From contig CAZFTO010000002.1 of the NCBI GenBank assembly GCA_964521735.1, forward strand, positions 56,710 to 120,709: 64,000 bases of DNA, given 5' to 3'. Positions 10,065 to 20,029 of this stretch are shown piece after piece. Positions within the stretch are counted from its first letter, which is position 1. Every line of letters starts with the position of its first letter. This stretch comes from an uncultured Oscillospiraceae bacterium (GTDB taxonomy: Bacteria > Bacillota > Clostridia > Christensenellales > CAG-314). The notes below the pieces were generated by a model, which had not been told where the DNA came from, ran no database searches, and saw only the letters and a list, made by a program, of their open reading frames with translations. The position numbers were made by a program, and so were the translations under genes.

Positions 10065-10564
10065 ATTATATAGTGCCATTTCTGCTTGTTATAACGCTTG
10101 TTTATGCACTTATCTACAAAGTCAACGTCTACAATTCTTTTGTGTGCGGCGCACAAAAATCCTTTCAACTGTCCCTTTCGGTGTTCCCTTGCCTTGCCGC
10201 AACTTTTATTATGATCAACGTGTTTTCAGCAAGTGGACTAAGCCAAATTGTTGTGGATTTTCTGCAACCTTTTTTTGGTCTATTGGGTGTTCCGCGCGAA
10301 GTTGTCGGCCTAATTTTGCTGCGCCCTTTTTCCGGTAGTGGCTGTTTGGCAATTTTGACGGACGTCTACAAACAGTACGGCACCGATAGCTACGTTGGGC
10401 GGTGTGCATCCGTCATTATGGGCAGCAGCGAAACGGTGTTCTACGTTGCAAGCGTGTATTTTTCGCAAACCAAAGTGAAAAGCACAGGCGTGGCTATTCC
10501 CATTGCGCTGTTTTGCAATTTTGTGGGCGGCGTGCTTGCCTGTTTGCTGTGCAAAATCTGCTAG
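10061..10564 (+). CDS. spmB: Spore maturation protein B
   Basis: SpmB-like sequence (LLRPFSGSG, IMGSSETVFYV). ATG 10061 overlaps the spmA TGA. Confidence 0.8.
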   Translation: MNYIVPFLLVITLVYALIYKVNVYNSFVCGAQKSFQLSLSVFPCLAATFIMINVFSASGLSQIVVDFLQPFFGLLGVPREVVGLILLRPFSGSGCLAILTDVYKQYGTDSYVGRCASVIMGSSETVFYVASVYFSQTKVKSTGVAIPIALFCNFVGGVLACLLCKIC

Positions 10565-10653
10565 TGGCATTTCCAAAATATCGCATCATTTGTCAATTTG
10601 TTTCAAAACTCTGCGTAATGGTTGGTGTAGCATAGGTGCAAAAGAGGTGAAAC

Positions 10654-12945
10654 ATGGCAAGTGCAAAAATATTGGCGCAACCAAAAACGTCAACAAAAAC
10701 AAAGGTCAGCGTGGTTTTGATGTATGCAACGCTTGCACTAACGTCGGTGTGTTGCGGAAAGGTTCTGGGCGGTGCGCTTTCCTTCGGGGCGTTTGTTGGC
10801 GCAACCTATTCGGCAAACCCATTTATCTGCGCGGCTATCTACGTGGCATCTGCCGTTGTGTTTGGGTTGCAATCGGTGGCACACGCCGCAGTTAGGGCGG
10901 CAGTAACCATATTATTTGTTGTCGTTCACAAAATTGCAAAAAAGAAAATTCGCAAATGGCATTTGTTGTTGTATCTAATTGCAGCAAACGTGTTCTATTG
11001 CGCCTACGGCACTGATGGGTATTTTCAACTATTTGATAAATTGCTCTATGTCGCATGCGGAATTGCCTTTGCTTTTGTTTGCATCTACTTTTTCCGTGCC
11101 GTGTTTGTGCGAGGGCTTGCATATCGTCCGGCGTTAGACGAAGTTATTTGCATTTGTCTTTTTGCAATAGTGGTTGGTTATGGCGTTTCCGCCGTGCAAC
11201 TTTGGGGATTGGAAATTATCTATTTTTTCATTCCGTTGGCGCTACTATTTTGCTGTTGCGTTCTTGGCGACAAGGCAACGTTGGTGTGCGCTTGTTTGCT
11301 GGGCATGGGCAATTTGCTAGCAACGGGGACCTATGATTGTTGCGCGTTTTGCCTGTTTTGTGCGCTAGCTGTTGTTGTTGCGAACAAACTTAATCGTTTT
11401 GTTGCCGGACTGGCCGCCGTGATCGTAGACGTTTTGATGAGTTATTTTTTGGGGTTGCACGGCAACTTTTCCACCATAGTGTTTGTTCCAACCGTTTGTT
11501 CGGTGGTGGTGTTTTTCGTTGTGCCCGGCAGCGCATACGCCTATTTGCGCGATTGTGTTGGCGGCAACAAAGATAGGTACGTTGGCAAAAGCGTGGTAAA
11601 AAAGCTGGGCATCTACACGGCAAAGAAACTCTACCGCCTTTCGGACATTTTTCTTTCCATGAAAAACGCCTTTTTTGCCATGTCGGTGGGCGAAGTTTCT
11701 GCCGAAGATGCGCAGAAAGCCATTGTGCGGCAGTGTTGCGACGTTGTTTGCAAAGATTGCACGGAAAAAACACGATGCTGGCGGCAAAATTTAGCGCAAA
11801 CAGAACAAAGTTTGTTGCAAATTGCCCAATGCGCCGTGAAGCGTGGCAAATGCACCATTTTGGACGTTCCGCAAAACCTTTCGTTGAAGTGCGGCCGCGT
11901 TTCTACACTGCTTGCAGAAATAAATTTGCAAAGCAAAAACTATCGTGAATATGCCAGCCGTATTGAACAGAGCAACAACGGCAAGTTGTTGCTAGGCGAA
12001 CAACTTGGCGGCGTTTCGCACCTGCTTGCCAAGCTGGCATCCGATTGCAAAAGCAAAGTTTCCTACAACAGTGAAAAGGAAAAAGAACTGGTAGAAAGGT
12101 TGGTGTTTCACAACGTTTTGTGTTGTGGTGCCGTTGTTATGGAACAATCGTCGTCGGTGACGGTGATAGTGACGGTGGCAAAAAAGGATGCCGACCATGC
12201 CGTTGTGGAGCAGGTGGCATCCAAACTGCTTGGGCAACCCTTTGTTGTGGAAAAGGAAGAAACAACCGAAAGCGATTCGTGGGTTAACCTGCACCTTGCG
12301 CCCAAACCGCGATTTTGTGTTAGTTTTGGCGTGGCCGCCGTGGCCAAGGAGGGCAACGAAGTTAGCGGCGACACCCATTCGGTTATGAAAACGGATAACG
12401 GCAAATGTATCGTTGCGCTTTGCGACGGCATGGGCAGCGGCGCGTGTGCCGAAAGAACGTCGGCAACGGCAATAGGACTGGTAGAAAATTTCTATCGTGC
12501 CGGGTTCGACAACGACACAATTTTGTCTTGCGTAAATCGTCTGCTTGTGGGTAGCGGCAACGAGGATTTTTGCGCCGTGGATATTTGCGTAGTGGATACC
12601 TTCAACGGCCTTACGGATTTTATAAAACTTGGTTCGCCCGTTGGATTGGTTAGGTGCGCCGGCACGGTGGAAATTGTCAGCGGAAGCAGTTTGCCGCTGG
12701 GCGTGCTAGACGAAATGAAGCCTTCCGTCACAAAAAAGGCACTGGCGGAAGGGGACGTTGCGGTGCTGTTATCCGATGGCATAACCGATTGTTTCAACGA
12801 TGCCAACGTTGTTGCTTCCGTCTTGGCAGAAACGTCCTGCACCAATCCGCAAAGCATTGCCGAAATGGTTTTGAACAGGGCGCTAAAAGCGTGCGACAAC
12901 AAGCCGCACGACGATATGACGGTGGTCGTGGTCAAACTGTCGTAA
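10654..12945 (+). CDS. spoIIE: Stage II sporulation protein E (membrane PP2C phosphatase)
   Basis: About 10 N-terminal TM segments, a central domain and a C-terminal PP2C domain (SGDTHSV, ALCDGMGSG, LLSDGITD, HDDMTVVVVKL). AAGAGGTG SD. Confidence 0.9.
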   Translation: MASAKILAQPKTSTKTKVSVVLMYATLALTSVCCGKVLGGALSFGAFVGATYSANPFICAAIYVASAVVFGLQSVAHAAVRAAVTILFVVVHKIAKKKIRKWHLLLYLIAANVFYCAYGTDGYFQLFDKLLYVACGIAFAFVCIYFFRAVFVRGLAYRPALDEVICICLFAIVVGYGVSAVQLWGLEIIYFFIPLALLFCCCVLGDKATLVCACLLGMGNLLATGTYDCCAFCLFCALAVVVANKLNRFVAGLAAVIVDVLMSYFLGLHGNFSTIVFVPTVCSVVVFFVVPGSAYAYLRDCVGGNKDRYVGKSVVKKLGIYTAKKLYRLSDIFLSMKNAFFAMSVGEVSAEDAQKAIVRQCCDVVCKDCTEKTRCWRQNLAQTEQSLLQIAQCAVKRGKCTILDVPQNLSLKCGRVSTLLAEINLQSKNYREYASRIEQSNNGKLLLGEQLGGVSHLLAKLASDCKSKVSYNSEKEKELVERLVFHNVLCCGAVVMEQSSSVTVIVTVAKKDADHAVVEQVASKLLGQPFVVEKEETTESDSWVNLHLAPKPRFCVSFGVAAVAKEGNEVSGDTHSVMKTDNGKCIVALCDGMGSGACAERTSATAIGLVENFYRAGFDNDTILSCVNRLLVGSGNEDFCAVDICVVDTFNGLTDFIKLGSPVGLVRCAGTVEIVSGSSLPLGVLDEMKPSVTKKALAEGDVAVLLSDGITDCFNDANVVASVLAETSCTNPQSIAEMVLNRALKACDNKPHDDMTVVVVKLS

Positions 12946-12989
12946 GTGGCAAAATTCGTGTTAAACAAAACGGTTAGAAGGAGTGAGCT

Positions 12990-13595
12990 ATGCACGAAGG
13001 TTTTGTGGAAAAAAGCGTTGTGGTGGGCAAAAACGTTGTGGTGCAACCCTTTGCCGTTGTCAAGGGAAATTCCGTGCTGCACGACGGTTGCGTTGTGGAA
13101 AGCTTTTGCTACATCGATAATAGCGAAATAGGCAAAAACACAGTGGTAAAAAGTTCACGAATATGCAATTCAACGGTACAAAACAACTGTTCTATCGGCC
13201 CAAACGCGCATTTACGCGATGGTGCAAGAGTGGGCAATGACTGTCGCATAGGCAACTTTGTTGAGGTTAAAAACAGCGTGTTGGCCGATGGCGTAAAGGC
13301 AAGCCACCTTGCCTATATTGGGGATGCCGAAGTGGGGCAAAACACCAACGTCGGTTGCGGCGTGGTTTTTGTAAATTTCGACGGAAAAACAAAACACAAA
13401 ACCAAGGTGGGGGAAAATTGTTTTATCGGGTGCAACTGCAATTTGGTTGCGCCGCTAACCATAGGCGATAATTGCTTTATTGCCTGCGGAACAACCGTCG
13501 ACAAAAATTTGCAGGATGGAACTTTTTGCATTGGTCGAAGCCGTCAAGTTGCAAAGCCGGGCCGCGCGACAAACTATTTGCCCAAACAAAAATAG
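12990..13595 (+). CDS. Left-handed beta-helix acetyltransferase equivalent to the GlmU C-terminal domain only
   Basis: Hexapeptide repeats, plus [10 protein letters not shown]...[14 protein letters not shown]...NVGCG..FVNFDGK.KHKT.VG...FIGCN.NLVAP, which closely resembles the GlmU acetyltransferase half. GAAGGAG SD. No uridyltransferase domain lies upstream. Confidence 0.8.
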   Translation: MHEGFVEKSVVVGKNVVVQPFAVVKGNSVLHDGCVVESFCYIDNSEIGKNTVVKSSRICNSTVQNNCSIGPNAHLRDGARVGNDCRIGNFVEVKNSVLADGVKASHLAYIGDAEVGQNTNVGCGVVFVNFDGKTKHKTKVGENCFIGCNCNLVAPLTIGDNCFIACGTTVDKNLQDGTFCIGRSRQVAKPGRATNYLPKQK

Positions 13596-13610
13596 TTTTT
13601 TTGCAAAAAT

Positions 13611-13645
13611 ATGCGCCCCGAAAGTTGAATGCTTTCGGAGCGCAT
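13611..13645. terminator. Bidirectional terminator between convergent genes
   Basis: ATGCGCCCCGAAAG ... CTTTCGGAGCGCAT hairpin with A/T-rich runs on both sides. Confidence 0.7.
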
Positions 13646-13697
13646 TTTTAGTTGAAATAAGAAGCTTGCAAGGCAGTTGCTTTTGCTGTAATGCGGC

Positions 13698-14846
13698 CTA
13701 TAGCAAACTTTCGTAAAGAGCCTTTATTTCCGCCACGCTCGTTTCGCGCGGGTTGCCGGGGCGGCAAGCATCTGCATAGGCCGATTCTGCCAAGAAATCC
13801 AAATCTTCACGTTTTACAATTTCTTTAAGGTCGGTGGGAATGCCAACGTCTACGGAAAGTTGACGAACGGCGTCGATTGCTGCCTTTCTGGCTTGTTCGA
13901 TGCTCATTGCATCAACACCACCAACGCCCATTGCGCGTGCAATTTCACGATATTTTTCGCCGGTTGCCGGTGCGTTATATTCCATAACAGTGGGCAAAAT
14001 TATTGCGTTTGCCACGCCGTGCGGAGTGTCGTATAGTGCGCCCAAGGGGTGAGCCATGCTGTGAACGATGCCTAAGCCAACATTGCTAAATCCCATGCCG
14101 GCAACGTATTGTCCCAAAGCCATGCCTTCACGGCCCTCCGGTTTGTTTTCTACTGCTGCGCGCAACGATCTGGAAATAATTTCGATGGCTTTCAGGTGGA
14201 ACATGTCGGATAGTTCCCACGCGCCCAAAGTGATGTAGCCTTCAATTGCGTGTGTCAATGCATCCATGCCTGTTGCCGCCGTCAATCCTTTGGGCATAGT
14301 GCTCATCATGTCGGGGTCTACCACTGCAACAACGGGAATGTCGTGCACGTCAACACAAACCATTTTGCGGTTCTTTTTTGTGTCGGTAATAACGTAGTTG
14401 ATTGTCACTTCCGCAGCGGTACCTGCTGTTGTGGGAACGGCAATAATGGGAACGCAAGGTTTTTTTGTAGGAGCAACGCCTTCAAGCGAAACAACGTCGG
14501 CAAAATCGGGGTTGGTGATGATAATACCAATGGCTTTTGCCGTATCCATTGCCGAACCGCCGCCAATTGCAACAATTGCATCTGCATTGCTGGCTTTGAA
14601 ACTTTCCACGCCGGCTTGAACGTTTTCCACCGTGGGGTTGGCTTTCACCTGACAAAATACGTCGTAGGGAATTTTTGCTTCGTCCAAAAGGTTTGTAACC
14701 TTGCAGGAAACGCCAAACTTAATCAAATCGGGGTCGACGCACACAAAAACCTTTCTAAATCCGCGTGCGCGAATTTCAGTAACCACTTCGTTTATCGCGC
14801 CTTTCCCGTGATAACTTGTTTCGTTAAGAACAAATCTGTTTGCCAT
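13698..14846 (-). CDS. Iron-containing (group III) alcohol dehydrogenase, lactaldehyde reductase-like
   Basis: GGGSAMDTAKA motif and metal-binding His motifs (HAIEGY, HSMAHPLG). Start chosen at MANRFVLNE after GGAGGT. Confidence 0.9.
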   Translation of the reverse strand: MANRFVLNETSYHGKGAINEVVTEIRARGFRKVFVCVDPDLIKFGVSCKVTNLLDEAKIPYDVFCQVKANPTVENVQAGVESFKASNADAIVAIGGGSAMDTAKAIGIIITNPDFADVVSLEGVAPTKKPCVPIIAVPTTAGTAAEVTINYVITDTKKNRKMVCVDVHDIPVVAVVDPDMMSTMPKGLTAATGMDALTHAIEGYITLGAWELSDMFHLKAIEIISRSLRAAVENKPEGREGMALGQYVAGMGFSNVGLGIVHSMAHPLGALYDTPHGVANAIILPTVMEYNAPATGEKYREIARAMGVGGVDAMSIEQARKAAIDAVRQLSVDVGIPTDLKEIVKREDLDFLAESAYADACRPGNPRETSVAEIKALYESLL

Positions 14847-15045
14847 TTTTCTACCTCCAAAGAATTTTTTTTGCTGTTGCGGCAACGGTAAAATTGCCTT
14901 TTGCCTGCCCAACAATTATACCAAATAGCTAAAGCAATTTCTATAGTTTTGAAAATTTTTCTTTGCAAATTTTTCGCTTTTGCGCATGATGCAAGTTAAG
15001 CAAAATAAAGTTTGTTGCCAAAAGGGTTGTCGATTGTCTAGTTGC

Positions 15046-15074
15046 TTGACAAACAACGGAAATTGAACTAAAAT
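15046..15074 (+). promoter_or_regulatory. Candidate sigma-A promoter of leuS
   Basis: TTGACA, 17 nt, TAAAAT, ending 30 nt before the leuS ATG. The leader is too short for a T-box. Confidence 0.6.
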
Positions 15075-15103
15075 TTTTCTATCTTAGTTTTAGAGGCTTT
15101 GTT

Positions 15104-17530
15104 ATGGATAAAATTGCCATCGAAAAAAAGTGGAACAAACAGTGGGCAGACCAAAAGGTTTATTCCTTCAACCCCAAAGACGTGGACAACAAATACTACA
15201 TGTTGGAAATGTTTTCCTACCCCAGCGGTGCAAAATTGCACATCGGACACTGGTATAACTACGGCCTATCCGATAGTTTTGCGCGCTATCAAATAATGAA
15301 GGGCAAAAACGTTTTTCAGCCCATGGGCTTCGATGCATTTGGATTGCCTGCGGAAAACTATGCAATAAAATCCGGCGTGCACCCCGAAGACAGCACGTTG
15401 CACAACATTGAGGTTATGGAACAACAACTTCAAAACATTGGCGCAACCTTCGATTGGGATCACGAAATAAAAACCTGCATGCCCGATTACTACAAATGGA
15501 CGCAGTGGATTTTCTGCCAACTCTACAAAAAAGGTTTGGCCTATCGCAAAAAAGCACCTGTTAATTGGTGCCCCACCTGCAACACCGTTTTGGCAAACGA
15601 ACAGGTTGTGGACGGACATTGTGAACGTTGCGACAGTCAAGTTGTCAAAAAGGACCTCACACAATGGTTTTTCAAAATAACCGACTATGCCGAAGAACTT
15701 CTAAGCGGTTTGGATACGTTGGATTGGCCGGAAAAAACAAAGGCTATGCAACGCAACTGGATAGGCAAATCGGTGGGCGGCGAAATAAAATTTCAGCTTG
15801 AAAACGGCAAAGGCAGTTTCAACGTGTTCACCACTCGTGCCGACACGCTGTATGGTTGCACTTACGTTGTGCTTGCGCCGGAACACGCTCTTGTGGATGA
15901 AATAACCACGTCCGAACAAAAAGCGGCAGTTGAAGCATATAAGGAAGAAGTTGCCAAAACCAACGAAGTGGAACGTCTTTCCACCGCAAAGGAAAAAACC
16001 GGTGTGTTCACCGGAGCCTATGCGATCAACCCTGCCAACGGCGAAAGGGTGGAAGTTTGGATTGGCGACTACGTTTTGGCAACCTATGGCACGGGTGCCG
16101 TTATGGGCGTTCCTGCTCACGACGAACGCGACTATAAGTTTGCGCAGAAACACGGTTTGCAAATTAAGCGCGTCATAAAATCCGCCGACGGTTCAAACGA
16201 CGACTTGCCCTTCTGCGAATATGGCGTGATGGTAAACAGTAGTGAATTCGATGGTGTTCCCAGCGAAAAAGGTCGTGTTGCCGTTGTGGAAAAACTTGCA
16301 AAAACTGGCGACGGCAAAATAACAACCAACTATCGTTTGCGCGATTGGCTTGTTTCTCGTCAACGCTATTGGGGCGCACCCATTCCCATCATCTATTGCC
16401 CGCATTGCGGCGAAGTTTTGGACGAAAACTTGCCCGTCAAGTTGCCCTACGACGTGGAATTCACACCAGACGGAACCAGTCCTCTTGCCAAGCACGAAAA
16501 GTTTATTCACGACGTAACCTGCCCCAAGTGCGGCGCCAAAGCCACCCGCGAAGCAGACACGCTAGATACTTTCGTTTGCAGCAGTTGGTATTATTTGCGC
16601 TATCCCGATGCTCACAACGACCAAAAGCCTTTCGATACCGAATGGATAAACAAAATGTTGCCTGTGGATAAGTACGTTGGCGGTGCAGAACACGCTTGCA
16701 TGCACCTGTTGTATGCACGCTTCATCACCAAAGCACTGCGCGACATGGGCTACTTGAACTTTGACGAACCCTTCAAATCACTCGTTCACCAAGGTGTAAT
16801 TTTGGGACCGGACGGCAACCGAATGAGCAAATCTCGCGGCAACGTCGTTTCCCCCGACGAATACGTCAACGAATATGGCTCCGACGTTTTCCGTTGCTAC
16901 TTGGCATTCGGCTTCAAATATACCGAAGGCGGCCCGTGGTCGGAAGATGGCATAAAAGCTATCAACAAGTGGCTAGATCGTGTTGAACGCTACGTTTTGG
17001 CGGCATATTCCGACTATCCCACCCACCAACAATTTAGTCACGACGAAAAACAACTAAACCGTGTTTTGAACGCCACCATAAAGGCAGTGGATGCCGACTA
17101 TGCGGAATTTTCCTTCAACACGGCGGTTGCACGCATGATGGAACTAGTAAACGCAATGTGCAAATACGATGGTTGTGCCACCAAAAATGCAACGCTATAT
17201 CGCAATGTGGCCGACGAATTGTTGCTGATACTTGCGCCTCTTGCTCCGCACATCGCCGAAGAATTGTGGAAGCAAACCGGGCACGAAGATAGCGTTGTGA
17301 CGCACACTTTCCCCACGTTTGACGAAAACGCCTTGAAGGCGGACGAAGTGGAATTGCTTGTTCAATTCAATTCTCGTCCCAAAACTCGTCTCACGGTGGA
17401 TGCAAGTCTTTCCGCTGCCGAAGTGGAAAAATTGGTGCTAGCAAACGAAACCGTTCAAGGCTTGCTTGCCGGTGCAACGCCCAAAAAAGTTATCGTTATT
17501 CCCGGCAGATTGGTTAACGTAATAGTGTAG
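15104..17530 (+). CDS. leuS: Leucine--tRNA ligase
   Basis: LHIGHWYNY (HIGH) and KMSKSRGN motifs, a CP1 editing domain, 808 aa. Confidence 0.95.
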   Translation: MDKIAIEKKWNKQWADQKVYSFNPKDVDNKYYMLEMFSYPSGAKLHIGHWYNYGLSDSFARYQIMKGKNVFQPMGFDAFGLPAENYAIKSGVHPEDSTLHNIEVMEQQLQNIGATFDWDHEIKTCMPDYYKWTQWIFCQLYKKGLAYRKKAPVNWCPTCNTVLANEQVVDGHCERCDSQVVKKDLTQWFFKITDYAEELLSGLDTLDWPEKTKAMQRNWIGKSVGGEIKFQLENGKGSFNVFTTRADTLYGCTYVVLAPEHALVDEITTSEQKAAVEAYKEEVAKTNEVERLSTAKEKTGVFTGAYAINPANGERVEVWIGDYVLATYGTGAVMGVPAHDERDYKFAQKHGLQIKRVIKSADGSNDDLPFCEYGVMVNSSEFDGVPSEKGRVAVVEKLAKTGDGKITTNYRLRDWLVSRQRYWGAPIPIIYCPHCGEVLDENLPVKLPYDVEFTPDGTSPLAKHEKFIHDVTCPKCGAKATREADTLDTFVCSSWYYLRYPDAHNDQKPFDTEWINKMLPVDKYVGGAEHACMHLLYARFITKALRDMGYLNFDEPFKSLVHQGVILGPDGNRMSKSRGNVVSPDEYVNEYGSDVFRCYLAFGFKYTEGGPWSEDGIKAINKWLDRVERYVLAAYSDYPTHQQFSHDEKQLNRVLNATIKAVDADYAEFSFNTAVARMMELVNAMCKYDGCATKNATLYRNVADELLLILAPLAPHIAEELWKQTGHEDSVVTHTFPTFDENALKADEVELLVQFNSRPKTRLTVDASLSAAEVEKLVLANETVQGLLAGATPKKVIVIPGRLVNVIV

Positions 17531-17598
17531 TTTTTGTGCGGTTTGGTTGCGTTTTTGCGCAGTCGAACCGCATAGCATTTGTTTTGGAAAGGTGAATT

Positions 17599-18513
17599 AT
17601 GAATTTCAAAGAAGAAGCGGCAAAACTTGGCATTGGTAACACTCCGCTTATTCCCTACGAAGAAAATTTCGATGCCGATATTTTTATTAAAAACGAATCA
17701 ATGAACGCATCCGGCAGCATCAAGGATAGAGCGGCGCTTGCCATGATTTTGGATGCCGAGCAAAAAGGTTTGTTAAAAAAGGGCGATACCATTGTGGAAG
17801 CAACCAGCGGAAACATGGGCATTTCGTTGGCCTGCGTTGGTGTTCAGCGCGGCTATCGCGTGTTGCTAACCATGCCGGAAACGATGACGGTGGAACGTCG
17901 CACTTTGTTGCAAGGGCTGGGCGCTCAACTTGTTCTAACGGAAGGCAGTCTTGGCATGAAAGGGGCCGTGGATCTTGCGCAAAAAATCTGCGACGAACAA
18001 GGCGCCGTTTGGCTTAAACAGTTCGAAAACCCCGCAAACGCATTGGCGCACTATCTTTCCACTGGCGAAGAAATTGCTTCGCAGCTGGATAGTGTGGACG
18101 TTTTTGTGGCAGGCGTGGGCACAGGCGGCACTTTGTGCGGAACGGCTCGCAAGTTGAAGGAAGTTTTTCCTTCCTGCAAAATAGTTGCTGTGGAACCCGC
18201 CTATAGTGCGACAATTTCTCGTGGCGAAAAGGGCAAACACGCCATTCAAGGCATTGGCGCAGGCTTTGTTCCGGCAATATACGACCCGTCGCTTGTGGAC
18301 GAAGTGCAGCTAGTCACGGACGAAGAAGCAATGGATACTTTCTTTTTGCTCAACAAGCAACAAGGCTATTGTTGCGGAATAAGCTCGGCGGCCAACGTTG
18401 CCGTTGCAATCCGTTTGGCTCAAAAGGCGGAATATGCCGGGAAGAAAATAGTCACTTTGTTCCCTGATGGTGACGACAGGTATTCGTCAATTTTGCACGA
18501 AAGCAGAATCTAG
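17599..18513 (+). CDS. cysK: Cysteine synthase A / O-acetylserine sulfhydrylase (PLP-dependent)
   Basis: SIKDRAAL (PLP lysine), TSGNMGISLA and GVGTGGT motifs. Confidence 0.85.
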   Translation: MNFKEEAAKLGIGNTPLIPYEENFDADIFIKNESMNASGSIKDRAALAMILDAEQKGLLKKGDTIVEATSGNMGISLACVGVQRGYRVLLTMPETMTVERRTLLQGLGAQLVLTEGSLGMKGAVDLAQKICDEQGAVWLKQFENPANALAHYLSTGEEIASQLDSVDVFVAGVGTGGTLCGTARKLKEVFPSCKIVAVEPAYSATISRGEKGKHAIQGIGAGFVPAIYDPSLVDEVQLVTDEEAMDTFFLLNKQQGYCCGISSAANVAVAIRLAQKAEYAGKKIVTLFPDGDDRYSSILHESRI

Positions 18514-18520
18514 TTGTTTT

Positions 18521-18546
18521 GGCGGCGCATTTGCGTCGCCTTTTTT
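18521..18546 (+). terminator. Rho-independent terminator after cysK
   Basis: GGCGGCGCA-TT-TGCGTCGCC followed by TTTTTT. Confidence 0.7.
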
Positions 18547-18704
18547 CGTTCGTGTTGCTTTTGCGCATAAAACAGCGGTTAAAAGGCACAAAAACAACAG
18601 CATAGTGGATGTTTGGCAACTTCGCACCTTGGCTTGCGCGACCATTTTTATGCCCAGTTTTTTTTCAAAAAGACAAATGCGGCAAAATTGTTTGCATTTC
18701 ACTG

Positions 18705-18733
18705 TTGACAGCGCCGCCGTTTTAAGTTATAAT
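18705..18733 (+). promoter_or_regulatory. Candidate sigma-A promoter
   Basis: TTGACA, 17 nt, TATAAT (both consensus). It lies about 120 nt upstream of the ATG at 18854. Confidence 0.6.
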
Positions 18734-18853
18734 GCCAACACGAAACACAGGTTGTCGTTTTGTTTTGGCGCAGGCAAAAGGCCGCTCCAAACAATGCGCA
18801 TAACCGTGTAATCAGGCGGGTAGCACCGCAAATAATTATGGAGGAAAAATTCT

Positions 18854-19339
18854 ATGGCAAAAAGAAAAGCAAAAAAAGTCAGTCCGCTTGCGTCGCTTAT
18901 TTTCATCGCCGTTTGCGTGTTGCTTATTCTCAACTTCTGTTTACCGCTTCTTTCCACGCAAGGTTCCATTTCTGGCATTGGTTCCACGGAAAAAACAAAC
19001 CACAACTTGTTTGAATTGTTGGAAGATATTTCCGACACCGAAAGTTCAACGCTCAGCACCTTTGTTGTTTTCTCGTTGATCTCGGCAATTGTGGGCGTGC
19101 TTGGCGCAGCCTTCGCTGCAGCGTGCATCGTCAACCCCAAACTTGGAAAATGGCTAAAAGTTGTTGGCGTTTTGGTTGCTATCGTTGCAATCGTTACTTT
19201 TGTTCTTGCAATTGTTGCCGCAAACGACAATTCCGGTTCCTTTTGGGGTATAAGTGCAAAAACGTCCATTGGCATTGCTCCTATTCTCACTTTGGTTGGC
19301 GGTTTGGGCGCACTTGTTACACCTTGGATAATCAAATAA
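18854..19339 (+). CDS. Hypothetical membrane protein (about 4 TM)
   Basis: GGAGGA SD, basic N-terminus followed by hydrophobic segments. I recognised no family. Confidence 0.6.
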   Translation: MAKRKAKKVSPLASLIFIAVCVLLILNFCLPLLSTQGSISGIGSTEKTNHNLFELLEDISDTESSTLSTFVVFSLISAIVGVLGAAFAAACIVNPKLGKWLKVVGVLVAIVAIVTFVLAIVAANDNSGSFWGISAKTSIGIAPILTLVGGLGALVTPWIIK

Positions 19340-19449
19340 ATTTATCAAAACTTTCGGCGTGGTTGCAGTGCGATCGCGCCGTTTTTTTGCAGTAATTTGC
19401 AAGTTTTGCAAGAACAAAACGGCATTTTCTATGTGTTTTTCTAGAAGAA

Positions 19450-19755
19450 TTGCAATTTTCTCAACAAATTATCAAAAAGCGAAAAAAACAGACGACAGTT
19501 TGCAATACAAAAACCGAAAAAGACGACGAAGGAAACACTGTTATTCAACACGTAACCATCTACTACTTCGAATCTGCCGAAAAAGCCGAAGCAGCTTGGG
19601 ATGCCATCAAGAACAAATCCGAAAGCGACAAAGAAAACGATTCCGATTGGACAATCGAAAGCAGTGGCGCAATGATTTGGTACGGAACTTCCGCAGCAAT
19701 CAAAGCAGCAAGACAATTGCATTCAAGCAAAAAAGCAAAACACCTTTTCTGTTGA
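19450..19755 (+). CDS. Possible small hypothetical protein or gene fragment (TTG start)
   Basis: The ORF has no ATG start and no clear SD. Its stop lies inside a terminator hairpin. The C-terminal part (YYFESAEKAEAAWDAIK...IWYGTSAAIKAA) looks protein-like. Confidence 0.3.
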   Translation: MQFSQQIIKKRKKQTTVCNTKTEKDDEGNTVIQHVTIYYFESAEKAEAAWDAIKNKSESDKENDSDWTIESSGAMIWYGTSAAIKAARQLHSSKKAKHLFC

Positions 19756-19769
19756 AGAGGTGTTTTTTT
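19741..19769 (+). terminator. Rho-independent terminator
   Basis: CACCTTTT-CTGTTG-AAGAGGTG stem followed by TTTTTTT. Confidence 0.7.
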
Positions 19770-20029
19770 GTTGAGCTTTTGGAGTGGATAAAACAAACAG
19801 CATCGTAAATGCAAGTTTAGTTTTGCTGTCGTTTTTGCAAATTTTTTTTGGCGCAAAACACGTTGTGCTGTGCAGTCCTAGTGTCAGTGCACGCCGCACT
19901 TTTCAAAAATAAAACTTTCAACTACTTTTATCATTTTTCGACAATTTGCCGACAAATATGATATACTGATACTATAGGTTGTTGTTTGCTGTTGCAAAGG
20001 CAATCAAATTTACCCAAAGAGGTGCAAAA

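Noticed and set aside
10565-10653. Possible Spo0A box (TTTGTCAAT) upstream of spoIIE, and a possible sigma-G type promoter upstream of the ger operon (38060-38137).
   Set aside because: These are single imperfect matches to short degenerate consensus sequences. That is not enough to call them without TSS data.
13596-13610. Recurrent T-run-GCAA-A-run motif (TTTTTGCAAAAA-like) in many spacers. Examples occur near 5146, 13596, 14961, 19841, 27831, 32143, 37935, 48991 and 51845.
   Set aside because: The copies have variable length and sequence. They are compatible with AT-rich UP-element plus TTGCAA -35-like hexamers and with general spacer composition. I could not establish a fixed repeat unit.
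14916-15103. Looked for a T-box leader upstream of leuS, and likewise upstream of metG (9131-9452, minus strand) and cysK (17531-17598).
   Set aside because: The leuS promoter sits only 30 nt from the ATG. No AGGGTGGNACCGCG-like T-box core, specifier hairpin or terminator/antiterminator pair is visible in any of the three leaders.
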